64,000 bases of DNA from Antedon mediterranea (taxonomy: Eukaryota; Animalia; Echinodermata). Location of the stretch: the NCBI RefSeq assembly GCF_964355755.1, contig NC_092674.1, forward strand, positions 17,670,001 through 17,734,000, read 5' to 3'. A program made the position numbers and the translations under genes. Positions 36,481-50,100 of the stretch are shown piece by piece. The stretch's first letter is position 1. Each line of letters opens with the position of its first letter. The notes below the pieces were generated by a model, which ran no database searches, had not been told where the DNA came from, and was given only the letters and a program-made list of their open reading frames with translations.

Positions 36481-39025
36481 ACCCGCGTGTTACAAAAAAC
36501 ACGTGCAGGTACCGTATTTTAGGAAATTAGGACTAAGTTACAGTATTTGACAGACATTGGGAAATTTTGGTAATCATTGACATTTAACTTTTTGAGATAT
36601 TTCGTCACAGTCACCACGAAGTGACACCTAAAAATCTGTAATTTTTGAAATTTTTTTTTTTCGATATTTTGATTATGTATCTAAACTTTCAAATATCATT
36701 AATTAACTAATTACATTAATTAGACAATATAAAAAAACACCATCATATGGAATTTTCGTTTTTTACGAAGTGACACTATTTATTAAAAACCCGTATGTGC
36801 TGCTTGCGAGTGCCACACGGGTAATGAATTTTGCGCGTTTGTTTACTGTTTTGGCCTAGCCTACAGCCTAGCTAGGAGGATCTGGTCGCACACTCCAGAA
36901 CATTGCATTTTATCAAGAAAGACGGTAAGTTAATTAGTTTATTTAAAGAATTTTAGTCCGCTCAGGTATCCGTCATGTCGAGGCCTATTATATATTTATT
37001 TTATAATTTAAATAACAGTATAATTTGATACACTTTTAGCCTAGGCCTAGTACTAGCTAGGCATAGGTAGGCCTAGGCCTACTTTACTTTTCTGTGACGT
37101 TTAGGCATATCTAGCTGGCCCAGATCTAACTAGGCTAGCCTCTGGCCTGGCGTTCATTATTCGGTTAGTAGGCCTAGTTAGTTAGGTCCTCTAAGCCTAG
37201 CCTAGGCCTAACAAACTAGAGTATGTGTATGCCCAGGGAATAGTAGTACTAGTAGTACTGCTACTTGGCTACAGTAGACTCTCTAGGCTAAACTACTCTG
37301 CTTGATTTTTAACAATAAGAAATCACGGGTGTGTCGAAAGAGAAGACCTCGAAAGCGAAGATCGAAGACCTCGAAAGCGAAGACCCTACGAAATGGTAGT
37401 GTGCACAAAATTCGACCAAAATCGATGATAACACCTTGAATTTACAGATTCTAAAAAAATATTTCGATTTTAATCGTTATGTTATCAAAAAACATGACTT
37501 TATCTATGAACAAGCTCACGTGTTTTCGCCAATGGAGTTAATATGTGATATAGTTTTACGAACAAACACATCGCGCTATTTGCAAGGCGACGGACACTGT
37601 TAAAATGTGTTTTTTGTTTTCAGAACAGTTTCAAGAAAATAAGATAAGGGGGAACAACCGAAATTCGATCAACAAGTAATCTATCTACATCAATTTAAGG
37701 GAGAAGTATCAAGTCCAACAAGGTTTAAAAAGGGGAAGTGTAGGCAGCCTGTAGCAAGTGTTTATGTTATATGAGCATTTTAGATGATGTGTACATCACA
37801 GAACAATGGATTGAATAAATTAAAAAGCATACTGGTAATAGACAAAAATAATGTAATGACATTGATTAAGTATTTAATGATTTATAACAATAGAGAACAA
37901 TCTTTGATATAAATTAATCAGTATTGTATTACTGAATTATTAATTGTTCAATGTTGAAAAAATAACTAATATTTATTAATATGGAAAAAAAAATATGAAT
38001 ATGTACATTTATGGTTACTGTACATTCCAGATAGGCCTATTGTCTATGTCATTTGATAGTTTTTATTAAAAGTGTTAAAGTAGGTCAACCTATGTTTTTA
38101 GATTTATTTGATGTGGTTGTTTCATTTATAAATAATCTAACCCTATCTACAAACTAGTTTGACAAAAAAGTGTGCTGTGCCCAAATATGGTACTGTGATA
38201 TTACACAATGGTGCTTATATGGTGAGCACATCACATTAATGTTGGTCACATTAAGTTTGATTTCATTTATTTCAACAATATTTACTAGGGTGGTCCATCC
38301 AGTCGAAGGTGATCATTAGATAGAAAGAACCTCACAAAAATGCAATTTGATAAGACAATAACATACAACAATTAAAAATTAAATCAAAATAAATAGAATT
38401 TAACTAAAATAATGGGAAAATGAAGAGAATCAAAAGGGAAATCAATGAAAACAATACATTAAATGGCCATCTCAGAGGAGGTGGCCATGCAATAAACAAG
38501 GAAGAGATGGTTCTTGAGCAAAAATTTGATGGAAAAGGAAGATGAAGCAAGTCGGATAGTGCAGGCAGGACTTAAGAGACATAAATGTTTGTAATGTATA
38601 TATAATAGTGTTCACTTATCAAGGACCATACATAATTGTTATGATGTAAGATCATTGCATTGGAAAGCTATGAATTACACAGTAGTGCCACTTTCAACGC
38701 ACTAGAAATACGCGGTGAAATGGAATTTGCGGTTTCACGAAGTGTCACTAACTGCATTAGTGTCACTTCGTAAGCGTAAACTACGTAGGGAAATGAATTT
38801 TTCGGTTTCACGAAGTGACACTAATGTTTAACTTTAATTTACTTGGTAATTAATTAATATTATTACAATTAAATTAAAGTAATGGGTAGCTGGATTGTCT
38901 AACTTTGTATGTATGTAAATTAAAAATCTTTGTGACATTTTTTGAGGACGAAATCGTGTGTTTTGTGAAGGTCGTTTCTTCAATCGCGTTTTTCTCGAAA
39001 CGCTGTTTTTATCAATTACGCGGTT
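36481..39025. mobile_element. Candidate non-autonomous DNA transposon (Sola-like?)
   Basis: Imperfect ends CCGCGTGTTACAAAAAACACG versus reverse complement CCGCGTAATTGATAAAAACAGCG; CGAAGTG(A/T)CAC motifs clustered near both ends (36617, 36767, 38738, 38760, 38811); TSD unclear. Confidence 0.4.
38260..38572 (-). mobile_element. L2-like LINE 3' remnant
   Basis: Minus strand reads PACTIRLASSSFSIKFLLKNHLF then a UTR and AAAT/GAAA tail. Confidence 0.55.
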
Positions 39026-41329
39026 AGTTACACAAATTTGTACAGAGAGAAATAAATAAGAAGAATAAAGATTTCATACAATAACAATAGGTGATCATTT
39101 TATTCTAAATGATCACCTAATTATAGAAATACATTGCCTGTTAGTTATGTATTTTATATAAATATTATAATATATACTTGCGCCCTCAGTTGGCAATTGT
39201 ATGAACTACGCAACTTTTTGATTAAATAATTACAAATTATGGTTTTTAGTTAAAGATGTATTGACCCCCTGAAAAAATAATTCAAAATTTTTGTTGAATA
39301 TGCCATTTTAATGTAGCATAATAGTTATCATGATTACAAATGTTCATCTGGTTTGTAATTAATATTGTGTAAACAGGTAGTCATTCTTCTGAAGAAGTCT
39401 TTTGTGAAACGAACAATGAAACCGTCAAGAAAAGAAGGTATTTACCATCTAATCTCGTAATTCGTACCATTGGTTTGATAAAAAGAATTGTTTACACATA
39501 CCGGTAATAGTATCCACTTTGACCAAAATTGGATCGAAAAAAATATATATATTTACCTGAAAAAAATGTAATTTAAAGCAAAAATTTGTCAAATTGGCTG
39601 CCAGACAATGGGTTTTTGGTTTAATTTAACCATTTATTTTGTCATTTTTTTGAGTTTTTTTTCTACGGAAGTGGTTAACTTTATTAAAACTACAAAATAA
39701 CATATTCAAAGTCTGATTTAATTAATCTTCATTTTTCATGTTTTTGGGGGACAATACATCTTTAATATATTTTGTATATATCAACATTGTAAAATTCAAT
39801 CAAATATGATAATTACATGTTTACTAAATAAAAAAGAGTGTTTATTTAACTTCATTCAAAATACATTATTTTCCTGTGTAATTGGACAGTCCCGTGAGAG
39901 ACAACGTAATTTCACGGCACACGCAAGAAAATTCTTCCACAGTGTGTTGATTCTCGTCAACCAATCAAAGGGCAAGTATCCAAAATTATTCACTTTCCAT
40001 TTTCTTACAACACTTTTTACGCATCAGGACTATATACATGAAAAGTAATTTTAATCGTTAATTATTAGAACAAGATCAGTATCAATTTAACAGTGAAGTA
40101 CTTTTGATTAACAACAAACAAAATATTCAAAATATATTCAGGAACCATGGCGGTACGGTAACTTTTATATTTTCTAGGCCCCCAACAAAGTATGATCGCG
40201 ACGAACCACGCACTTCATCGCGTGACAAGAAAGCGCTAGGCCCCCTAAACATTCCATCGCGTGGTGAATTTCCGCATCTGCCATTGTCGCTATGGCGTGA
40301 CGTTGTTCAAGTCGGACTTGCGCGAAGAAAATAATGTAATTTGTATACGGTTGTAAATAAAGATGATTTTCATTATTATAACTTATACCAATGTATACTT
40401 AATTAAGCTAATATAAAAATAAATATTTCATTTTTCAATATCTGGCCAATATAACAACTCAATGACTGTTACGTTTTTCATAAACATCGTTTAAAAACCA
40501 TTTAGTCGACCATTTAGCCTGCCCCCTCCAGGACTAAAAAAATCGATCAAAATTCGTCTCGATTTAGTCGAGGTTGGCCTGAATTAGTCGGCGATTTAGT
40601 TGAAGTTCGGTTTATGAATTAAAATGACGTCATTTTAAAAGTTTTAGCTCGAACTACGACTAAAGTCCGGTTTAAGAATACGGGCGTTTATGTCTTTTAT
40701 GTGTAAACTGACTTTGGGGTTGGGTCAACCGGCTGAGCTACAGTGATTAAGTTCACTTAGGTTAACCCTGGTCTCCCCATTTTCAGTTTTTTTTGTTTTG
40801 TATATACTTAAATAGACCAAATAAATAATGAAATGAAATGAAAATGAAATTCATCTTGTGATATTATTGTATTTGAAAGGGGGGTTTCGGGGATTTATTT
40901 AACAATAAGAAGATTGTTGATATTTTGTCTGGAAGGATTGGGAATTTGGGAAATTGTATAAATTGTGTGGGGAATAGGGATACTGTATCATTGTTTGAGA
41001 ATTGGTTGGGGTTTTTTTGTGGTTTTTTTTTATTGGGGTTTGGATTATAAAAGAAAGAATTGTTTGTCAAAGATTATTATTAAATTTCCTTTTTACATTT
41101 ATATGTGTACAGTTGTGGCTATTTACCGTTGTTTACCGGTGGTTACCAGATATTACATGTCCGAAAGAGCCGTAGTTGCGGCTGTGTGACAATTTTTAAA
41201 CTTTGTTGTCAGTCGTCACATAGCCATTTTTCTTGAAATTCCATTTTACTTGCTGTCCACACTAGATTGTATTAGCTTTCAAAATATATGCGGTCCAGAC
41301 CAGATTTAATTAAAGCTCGATTCTAATCA

Positions 41330-42991
41330 TTTAAACAGTCCACTATAAGTCCTAACTTTCTTTCTACACATTTCAGAACATTTTGAGCATTTCAAAATTT
41401 TCAAACGTTTTGCATTACGCTCGCAATTTGGCGCACAGCATGTAAATAGCACATCTTGATTCTACGTATCTGAATTTCTTCAAAATTTTAATATGTTGTT
41501 GGTCAGACAAATTATCTTCCGAAACTGTTATCTTCACATTTCATTTTGGTGATGTCATCATGTTAAAAATTAGAATAAAAGGTGGGTCCCGTAATTTCGC
41601 CTATGCTAAACTGTATGTGTATACAATACTGTGTATATTGTCCATGTTTTTTTACCACGACCCCATGATCATATATTGGGAGTTCTCGCGACCCACCAAG
41701 TATTTGAGCCACAGCCCCCAGTGGTGATTTAGCTAAATGACGCCCCTAGATGGCTGGAAATGGTATTCTCGGACATACAATTCATGATAAATGACACCCC
41801 TATATGGCCGGAAATGGTACTCTTGCACGTAAAATTCATGATAAATGGCACCTCTTGGCCGGAAACTCCCATAGTCTACTTTTTACGACAGTAAAGACAC
41901 GTGACCGACGATAACATTTGCATTCAATGTGAACATCATGGGGTTCACTATAAACGGGTGAGGTAGCCTCCCCCTGGCTATGGGCCTGCACAGCATCGCT
42001 ATCATTTGAGTATGGACCTGTTTCTATGAAACCAGTTTCGTTAAAGTATCGTGCTTTGTGGAATTACATAATTATTACCCACAACACATAGCGAAAGTGC
42101 AAGTGTAAAATAATTAATTAAGGCAAAATTGAGATCGCAAATGCGTTATACAAATGTCTCTACTCACTTTAATAAGATTTTTTTCTGTATGTTGGCAAGA
42201 AAAAACACTGTCCTTTTATTCAAAATACGGAATTCCGTATTATCTTGTTCAATATAAGCTGTTTTAATTTTCAACGAATTATATGTTCAGTAAATTAATT
42301 AAGTTATTAAATTTTAAAAAACTGATAATAAATCAAATTTAAACAAAATTCAGAACAATCACCATCACTTTAAGTTTTATTTTAAAACAAATTTAGTTTT
42401 TCACCAATTAATAAAGTGTGATGGTTGGCTTTGTTTCGTATTTACAAGTTCATTGATGTGGGCACGGATTGGTGGTGATCGCCAATCCGCATGTTGCTGT
42501 TGTATCATTTTTCACGTTTAACGTAAAACCATAGTTAATAAAACGTTGTACAAGTAAAGCGAACTTTAAAAGCCCTCTGCAGCATCAAAGGTTCTACAGA
42601 AATCTATCGCCGTAGAACTAGTAGGTGATTTAAATCCTTGTCCTAAAGGGAATTCCCCACTGGTAACAATGAACTATGCAGCCAAAGTGTCCATGTGCCC
42701 TGTCGGTGCTCTCCCCGTCATCAGTTCCCCTTTGTGTGTACGCTACTCGCATCAACACAGGGAAAAACCTGTAAAACGATTTTACGACCCATCAATTTTT
42801 TTATTGCGACCCATTGTCGTGTCCCATTGGTTGCGGAACGGCGGACACAAAATAGACTGAATATATACACTATAACAACATATTGTTACCTTCAGGATGT
42901 TATCTTTTTCTGTGCGCATTTTCTAACACACGTGCATGTGGCATTTGTTGTGCGGAAAACTAACTCGTCAAATTTATGAGTTGAAATCTGG
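41330..42991 (+). mobile_element. Decayed, interrupted copy of the Helentron-like family at 47129-51486
   Basis: 41330-41645 resembles the body; 42930-42991 has the tail TGCGGAAAACTAACTCGTCA..TGAGTT..CTGG. Confidence 0.6.
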
Positions 42992-44599
42992 TTGTGTACA
43001 TGCTGCTCAACTACTTTGACGTAAAATTTTTTTTTATTTTCAATAAATAATGCCTAATATTATTCTATTTAATAAATTAAGAAACAATGATTTATTATCA
43101 ATCAGTAAACATTTTGTGTAAAATAAATATAGAAACTAGATTTAATTCGTCCCTATGACGAATTATAGGTTATATGCATTGATTTAAATAAAGATAACTA
43201 TCGCAAATACAATAGCCAGTATCACAATCGGATCAAAGATACTTCTGCATAATGTGGTCATAAACCACAATTGTTACATGATAATAAAGACAAGTTACTT
43301 TTTCTCTAGATTTCATTATAAATCGTGCGTATAATCTATACACTAAGAAATCAATACGGATATAAAAATAAATCTTATTTCCCAAGGTGAGATTCGATCT
43401 CGGTACCTTGAATGCTATAGACACGAGAACATACCACCGAGCCATACGCAACTGAATAAAAGTTGAAGAAAAATTCCTCTGTGTATTTACTATGCATGAG
43501 TACCCACTTTGGTACTGATAGATTAAAAATTTTAAAAAATGATGCACTGTCAAAGTATATACTTTTAACTTTAATAATTATATGAATATTTTAAAGTTAA
43601 GTTTGTTATTTCGGTCCAAGAACATTTTTTTATTTAATATGCAATTAATGATGACATAATCAACTTTTTTTCTCTTAATTTCATAATAAATCATAGATAT
43701 GATATATACACTTTAAGAAAATGAAATGCAAAATAGGGGTCCCAAGCATTCTGACGATCTATATTAATTTAAAAATTTAGCATATTTTTACTTACACGTG
43801 CATAGCCTGTCAATTTTGACGTGCTCGTGTAACATGGTTTCAATTTTGACTTGCTCGTATAACGTGGTTTCAAGTTGAAAAGTGAATAAAATATGATGAA
43901 ATTACTAAAGAAAGGTTTTTAAACACTTGACAATTTTGAAAATTGTAAGCGTACACATGCGTTATATGCACTACGCACGTAATTGTATTTACATATGATG
44001 AAATATGATCTGAAATTTATGAGTACCAAATTTGGTTTAATTATGATACATGCTTGTGAAGATATGATTACAAACATGATTTTGTTAAATCTTTTGTTAA
44101 AATTGTTTATTGTGCACCATGAAAAAAGATAATCACATCGATTCCTGGCCTTAAGAAATATACTCTGAAAACTTGACATAGCTAGATGAAAATTGATCTC
44201 AAGATAATTGACGGACAAAATATGAGAGGAAAGAATAAATAAATAAAGATTCTCACAAAATAAATAGGTTATGCATGATAATGCATATAACCTAAAAACT
44301 GTATTCAATTGCACTGATAAGTTTAAACGACTCTGGTATGGTTGAAAGTCAATTCGTCCTCTCACATTCATAAAACAGACTGACGGTGAAATTAACCAAG
44401 TAGAAAATCAAAGCGCAAATAACGGTAAAATTTACCCATTGAAATCTTCCCATAGTGGAGTGTGAATGACTCTGTCCAGAGTGTGCGCGTGCCTGAGTTT
44501 ACAACTTGCCATTTTTTTGGAGTGTGCATGCCCAGTCTGAGTTACAACTTGCCATTTTTTTTCTGCCTTAGTAAACTATAAGCTTTCGCGTGGGAACTG

Positions 44600-44815
44600 T
44601 TTCCTAATGCTTCCGTTCTCTGGAATATAACTTCCTAAAGGCGCAGTGCAAAAAATTTATCCTACACAACTAATTTCTGTGAATTTTGTATGCATGTCCT
44701 TTTGATCTTGTGTCATCTTAAAAAGTTTTCTGGAACGTCCAGTGATTATTTTAAAAGTTTCAATGAGGTCTACTCTTATGCGTCGCAACTCCAGTAGATT
44801 AATATTGTATACATT
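44600..44815 (-). mobile_element. CR1-like LINE RT C-terminal remnant
   Basis: LELRRIRVDLIETFKIITG motif. Confidence 0.65.
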
Positions 44816-45181
44816 TCTATTTGTAGTGAAATTCATTGATTTCCATCTACAATTTACCAAGCATTTTGTCCATAGTTTAATTTTATAAAAAAAATCAAGA
44901 TCAAATAAGTAACTGTGGTTACAAAATAGGAAAATTTAATTTTATATACATTTATTATGTAGGAAAGAATAAATGCTGATATTGTTTTTTTCTTATGCTC
45001 ATTATTTGCAGTTAGTGATAGCTGTTTCAACAAGACTTCCATTGACAAAAGTGGATTGACTCTCCAACAGATGATTGAAGACAATGAAAGGTACAGTACG
45101 GCCAATTAAGATTTGGTGTAGATATAGGAAAGCCTGTTAAAATTCGCTCGCGTACCATCTACATTAGGTGTACATCCCCAT

Positions 45182-47037
45182 TGGAGTGGAGTTGTGGCCT
45201 GGTGGTTATGATGCTTGGCTGCCAATCCAAGGGTCCTGGGTTCAAGCCTGTCATGTCAGGATTTTTTCTAATGACAATTTACAACTCCACTCCCAAAGAC
45301 TTGTAATAAAGACTTTGTTTATGTAGAGCATTGTGTGTATATGTTTGTCTCGTGAACGGATTGCCACCTTTAAAGGGGGGTTCCGGGTTTAAAATGAATA
45401 GTAAAAAATGTAAAATATATTTGTTTGTCTCTTGAACGGTAAAAGTTTCAATTTATATAAGCGCCCAGTGAAGCAGAACGAAGGCTGTGAAATCAGGCCA
45501 GATTACAAGTGCAGCTACGGCAAAATCACACTGTGGTTACAAAATAGGAAATTCGTGAAATGGTCCATCTTCCGACGACTCGTTATCATAAACCATATCA
45601 ATTACTTTTGTAAAATTATACTTATCTGATGTAATTTTAGTCGGTCTTCCCATTTATAAAGTCAATTTTTTATGAAAATTCATCAAAACAGTGAAAAATT
45701 AGATATGTTTGCACTTTACGTTTGCCGATTTTCGCACCGACTTAGGGAAAAATCAAAATCAATGAAGCGTAACGTATACTGTACATTCCTGCTGAGGATC
45801 GAGCGAGACGAAAATACACGTGCTCTCTCTGCTGCCCATGCCTGGCATCGTCACGTGATAAGCAGATACAACAATACCAAACTGGTCGGGTCGAGTATAC
45901 CCCGTCTATAATCACAACATGAACGATGTACAGTATTTGATTGAAGGTCGACTTGACCTACCGGAATGGTATAGATAATATAGCTCGAATGAGAGAGTTG
46001 GAATATTTGTGTAGTGCAGCCTATAGTAAAAGGCCTGGTAGTATCAATTCGCATAGGGTCTACTACACTAGCTAGCTCAATTTTTAACTGGGCCGGATCG
46101 GCTAGGTCTCCTTCCTACTACCTGGTCTACTTGATGCATGAGTATCCGCTTTTTTGGAGAGTAAACTAAGCCTATTTTATTTTAGGCCTACTTAGACGAT
46201 CGGGACACCATACGTGTGGACGGCGATCGGACCTTGTTTTGCTTCAATATTTACAGCCGATTTTGTAGAACGTTTTAGGTTTAGATTGTTTAGGAGTTTG
46301 GTTGATAGGATGGGTTTTGATATTTATGGGCCAATCGTCTAGTAGTAGGCTAGCTAGGCCCATGGGCCCCATTGTTTTAACGTAGCCATCGTGGCATGGA
46401 ATCCCTAGTCAGAATGGCTCTCGCCCATATTATTATTAGGCTAGGACTAGAGTAGTATTGTACGTGAAGCCGATAATACGATCTGTACTATAGAGGTATA
46501 AAAATACTGTAGTATAATTTATGACTCCGTATCTGTACTAAATTTTGTATTTCATTAAATGTCAAATAAATATATACTACTACTGTTATTATTACACTTT
46601 AGGCCTAGCTTAGAAAATGTACAAAAAATGTATTTCACAATGATCGGGTGGTCGTCGTTTGACAGGGGAGAGAGATGTAAATTAGTTGACAAACACAACG
46701 TACATGACGTCGCGAGTTTGGAATCCACTGGTGACGTGATTTTGTGAATATCCCATGAATATTAATGAGCTTCCCTAAGCTGCTGAAAAACAGACTTTCC
46801 ATGAATTTACCCTAAAATGTATATGAAATTTAATTTTTTAAATTTCTCGTTATTACTTCTTCATTCTGACATGTCTATATTGTTATAATATTTTTTATTT
46901 AATAAATAAACGATATTTAAAACCAATTTTAAACCCAGATTCCCCCTTTAAGAAGGATAGTGATTGAATTTGCTTATGGTTATCCTTGGCAATTTGCCTA
47001 AATATATAAAATAAAAAAATAAATAAAATAAATAAAT
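45182..47037 (+). mobile_element. tRNA-derived SINE split by a Kolobok-like element (halves 45182-45373 and 46952-47037)
   Basis: A box TGGCCTGGTGG, B box GGTTCAAGCC, anticodon-like arm with GCC, (AAATA)n tail after the insertion. Confidence 0.75.
45374..46947. mobile_element. Non-autonomous Kolobok-like DNA transposon
   Basis: TTAA TSD on both sides; TIR AGGGGGGTTCCGGGTTTAAAAT versus reverse complement AGGGGGAATCTGGGTTTAAAAT. Confidence 0.85.
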
Positions 47038-47128
47038 TAGAACTTTTTGGTCAAAATCCTTATCAGATAAATCAACTAAGCAGGTGATAAATTACCTGAA
47101 TCCTATTATACCCCTGTGATTTTATTGG

Positions 47129-50100
47129 TTATCCGCACTTGGCGGATAACCCCTTGTTATTGTCAGGATCTTTTTTTTTTTTTTTTTTTTTTTTAGTTAT
47201 CCGCATTGAGCGGATAACTCCTTGTAACTGTCCTGTTTCATCATCATTTTTTTTTTTTTTTTTTAGTTATCCGCATTGAGCGGATAACTCCTTGTAACTG
47301 TCCTGTTACTTTTTTTTTTTCTTTCCTTCTCCCCCATTTTTGTGTCTCATGTATCTCAAAAACTTGTAAACATAACATGTTATAACTTTGTCAGCATGAG
47401 GGCATTCACGTGAAGTTGTGCACCTCCTATTTTTGAATTATGTCAGAGTTGCGCAACATGACTTGCGCGCGATTTTATGAATTTCACCTATTTAACATAG
47501 GTCAAAAACCAAATAACATTTTAAATTGAAACTTTGCAAAAGTTTAATTTAAATCATGCGCTAACTTTTTGTTGAAAAAAAAATGCGTGGTTTACCAAAA
47601 GTTACGCGCGTACGCGCATTTAAAATTTCAAAATGCTCAAAATTAATTTCTAATCAACTTTCTACGCGTTTCATGTCATTTTGAGCATGTCAAAAATTCC
47701 CAGGCGCGCGCAAATTTTTACGCGCGCGGAGCACACGTACCGTTAAAAACAGATTTTTTCGCGTGATTTATGTTTTTTCAGCCTTTTCTAGTAATTTTAC
47801 CAACTTTTAAACAATTTCGACTTCAAATTACGTCATACGGGCACGTCGAATTGGATAATTTATGTGCGTTTTTGATGAAAAAGTTCAAAAATTTGTCAAA
47901 ATTTGTCAAAATTATACCTTTTTTTAAACAGTCGTAGTTTCTAAACTAAACGGTAAAAGTTATTTTTATTACGTATTTTGGAAGATGATGAGTTGTTGAT
48001 CATGGATCATGCATCAATACGGCTTACTGGACATTGTGACGACATCGTATGGCCATGCGAATATAAAAAATAGAATTTTTGTATCTTTCATCATAGCTCA
48101 TCACATTTAATAGAGCGCATCTCCAATTATCTGTTTTCCATTTTCACCCCGATTTTTATATTATCTAGGTCAATCAACTATCTTTCGCATGAGTTAAAAT
48201 ATTTTAATTGTTATGACGTCATCATGTCTAAAAATGAAAATAACGTGGGTCACTTATTTTCATCTTTACAGTAAATTTAAATCTGTTATAGCTCGTCAGA
48301 ATAAAACGTGATAATCATGATTAAAACGTTTTCAGGAAGCTATTGGATTGTAGATACGAATTCATGTAAACATTTTGCCAATCGGATGTTGTGACGTCAT
48401 CATATGGCCAGTTGAATAAAAAAAGTCGTATTTTCATATTTTGCGTAATAGTTCATCACATTTAAAAGGGCGCGCATCTATATTTTACGTATTCAAATTT
48501 CTTCCACACGTTAATATGTTGTTGCTGAGATAATTTCCTTCCGAAATTGCTATCTTAGTGTTTCATTTTGATACCAAAGCCGTGTTAAAAATAAGTATAA
48601 ACGGGGGGACCCGTAATTTCACCTATTCTACACTGTATGTAACATGTATACAGATTATACCGTTTGCACTGTATATACTATATGACACAAAATTGACAGA
48701 ATTCAGCACTAACAGCATATGATATTCTTCAGTTCAGGTCATAATGTCATAATCTTTTTCCGTGTGCAAAATTCCAACGTATGACGTGCGCGTGGCGTTT
48801 GTCGTGCGGATAACTAACTCGTCAAAGTGACGAGTTTCATGTCTAGTTTTTTTTTTCTGTATTCTTCTTTCTTTCTGTCATTTTTGTGTCTCGCGTAACT
48901 CAAAAACGTGTAAACATAACATTTCATAACTTTGTCAACATGTGGGCATTTACGTGAAATTGTGCACCTCCTATTTTTGAATGACGTCAGAGTTGCGCAA
49001 CATGACTTACGCGCGTTTTTCCGAATTTCGCGTATTTAACATAGATCGAAAACCATATAACTATTTAAATTGAAACTGAAAAAAAGTTTAAGTTATATCT
49101 TGCGCTAACTGACTATGGGGAAAAAATGGCATGTTTCACACGAAGTTACGCGCGCACGCGCGTTTAAAATTTCAAATTGCGAGAAATCAATTTCTAATCA
49201 ACTTTCTACGCGTTTCATGTCATTTTAAGCATGTCAAAAATTCCCACGCGCATGCTTTTTTTTACGCGCGCGGTGCGAACGTAGCGTTGAAAACAATTTT
49301 TCTCTCGTGATTTATGTTTTCAAGCCTTTTATAGTAATTTTACCAACTTTGAAACAATTTCGACTTCAAATTACGTCATACGGGCACGTCGAATTGGATA
49401 ATTTATGTGCGTTTTTGAGGAAAAAGTTCAAAAATTTGTCAAAATTATACCTTTTTTTAAACAATCATAGATTCTAAACTACGAGGTGAACTTTGTTTAA
49501 ATTACATATCCAGGAAGATGATAAGTTGTAGATAAGGAATCATGCATTGATATGGCAAACCGGACATTGTGACGTCATCGTATGGCCACGCGAATATAAA
49601 ATATAGGATTTTTGTATCTTTCGTCATAGCGCATCTCATTTAATAGAGCGCCTCTCCACTTATCCGTATTCCATTTTAACCCAGATTTTGAAATTTTCTA
49701 GGTCAATCAACTATCTTACGCAAGAGTAAAAATTTTTTTAATTTTTATGACGTCATCATGTCTAAAAATGTAAATAACGTGGGTCACTTATATTTATCTT
49801 TACAGTAAATTTTAATCTGTTATAGCTCATCAGAATAAAATGTGATAATCACGATTAAAACGTTTTCTGGAAGCTATTGGATTGTAGATACGAATTCATG
49901 TAAACATTTTGCCAATCGGATGTTGTGACGTCATCATATGGCCAGTTGAATAAAAAAAGACGTATTTTCATATTTTGCGTAATAGTTCATCACATTTAAA
50001 AGGGTGCGCATCTATATTTTACGTATTCAAATTTCTTCTACACGTTAATATGTTGTTCCTGAGATTATTTCCTTCTGAAATTGTTATCTAAGTGTTTCAT

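Noticed and set aside
41735-41870. Short local tandem repeats (also 43808-43875, 44494-44560, 53435-53478)
   Set aside because: Two to three copies each; ordinary slippage or TE-internal repeats
42640-42732. Hammerhead-like CTGATGA on the minus strand
   Set aside because: Has GACA instead of GAAA and stem III cannot be formed; at most a decayed relic. CTGATGA at ~21419 and ~35609 also lack a proper GAAA core
45190-45260. tRNA gene
   Set aside because: No proper acceptor stem; continues into a SINE body and tail
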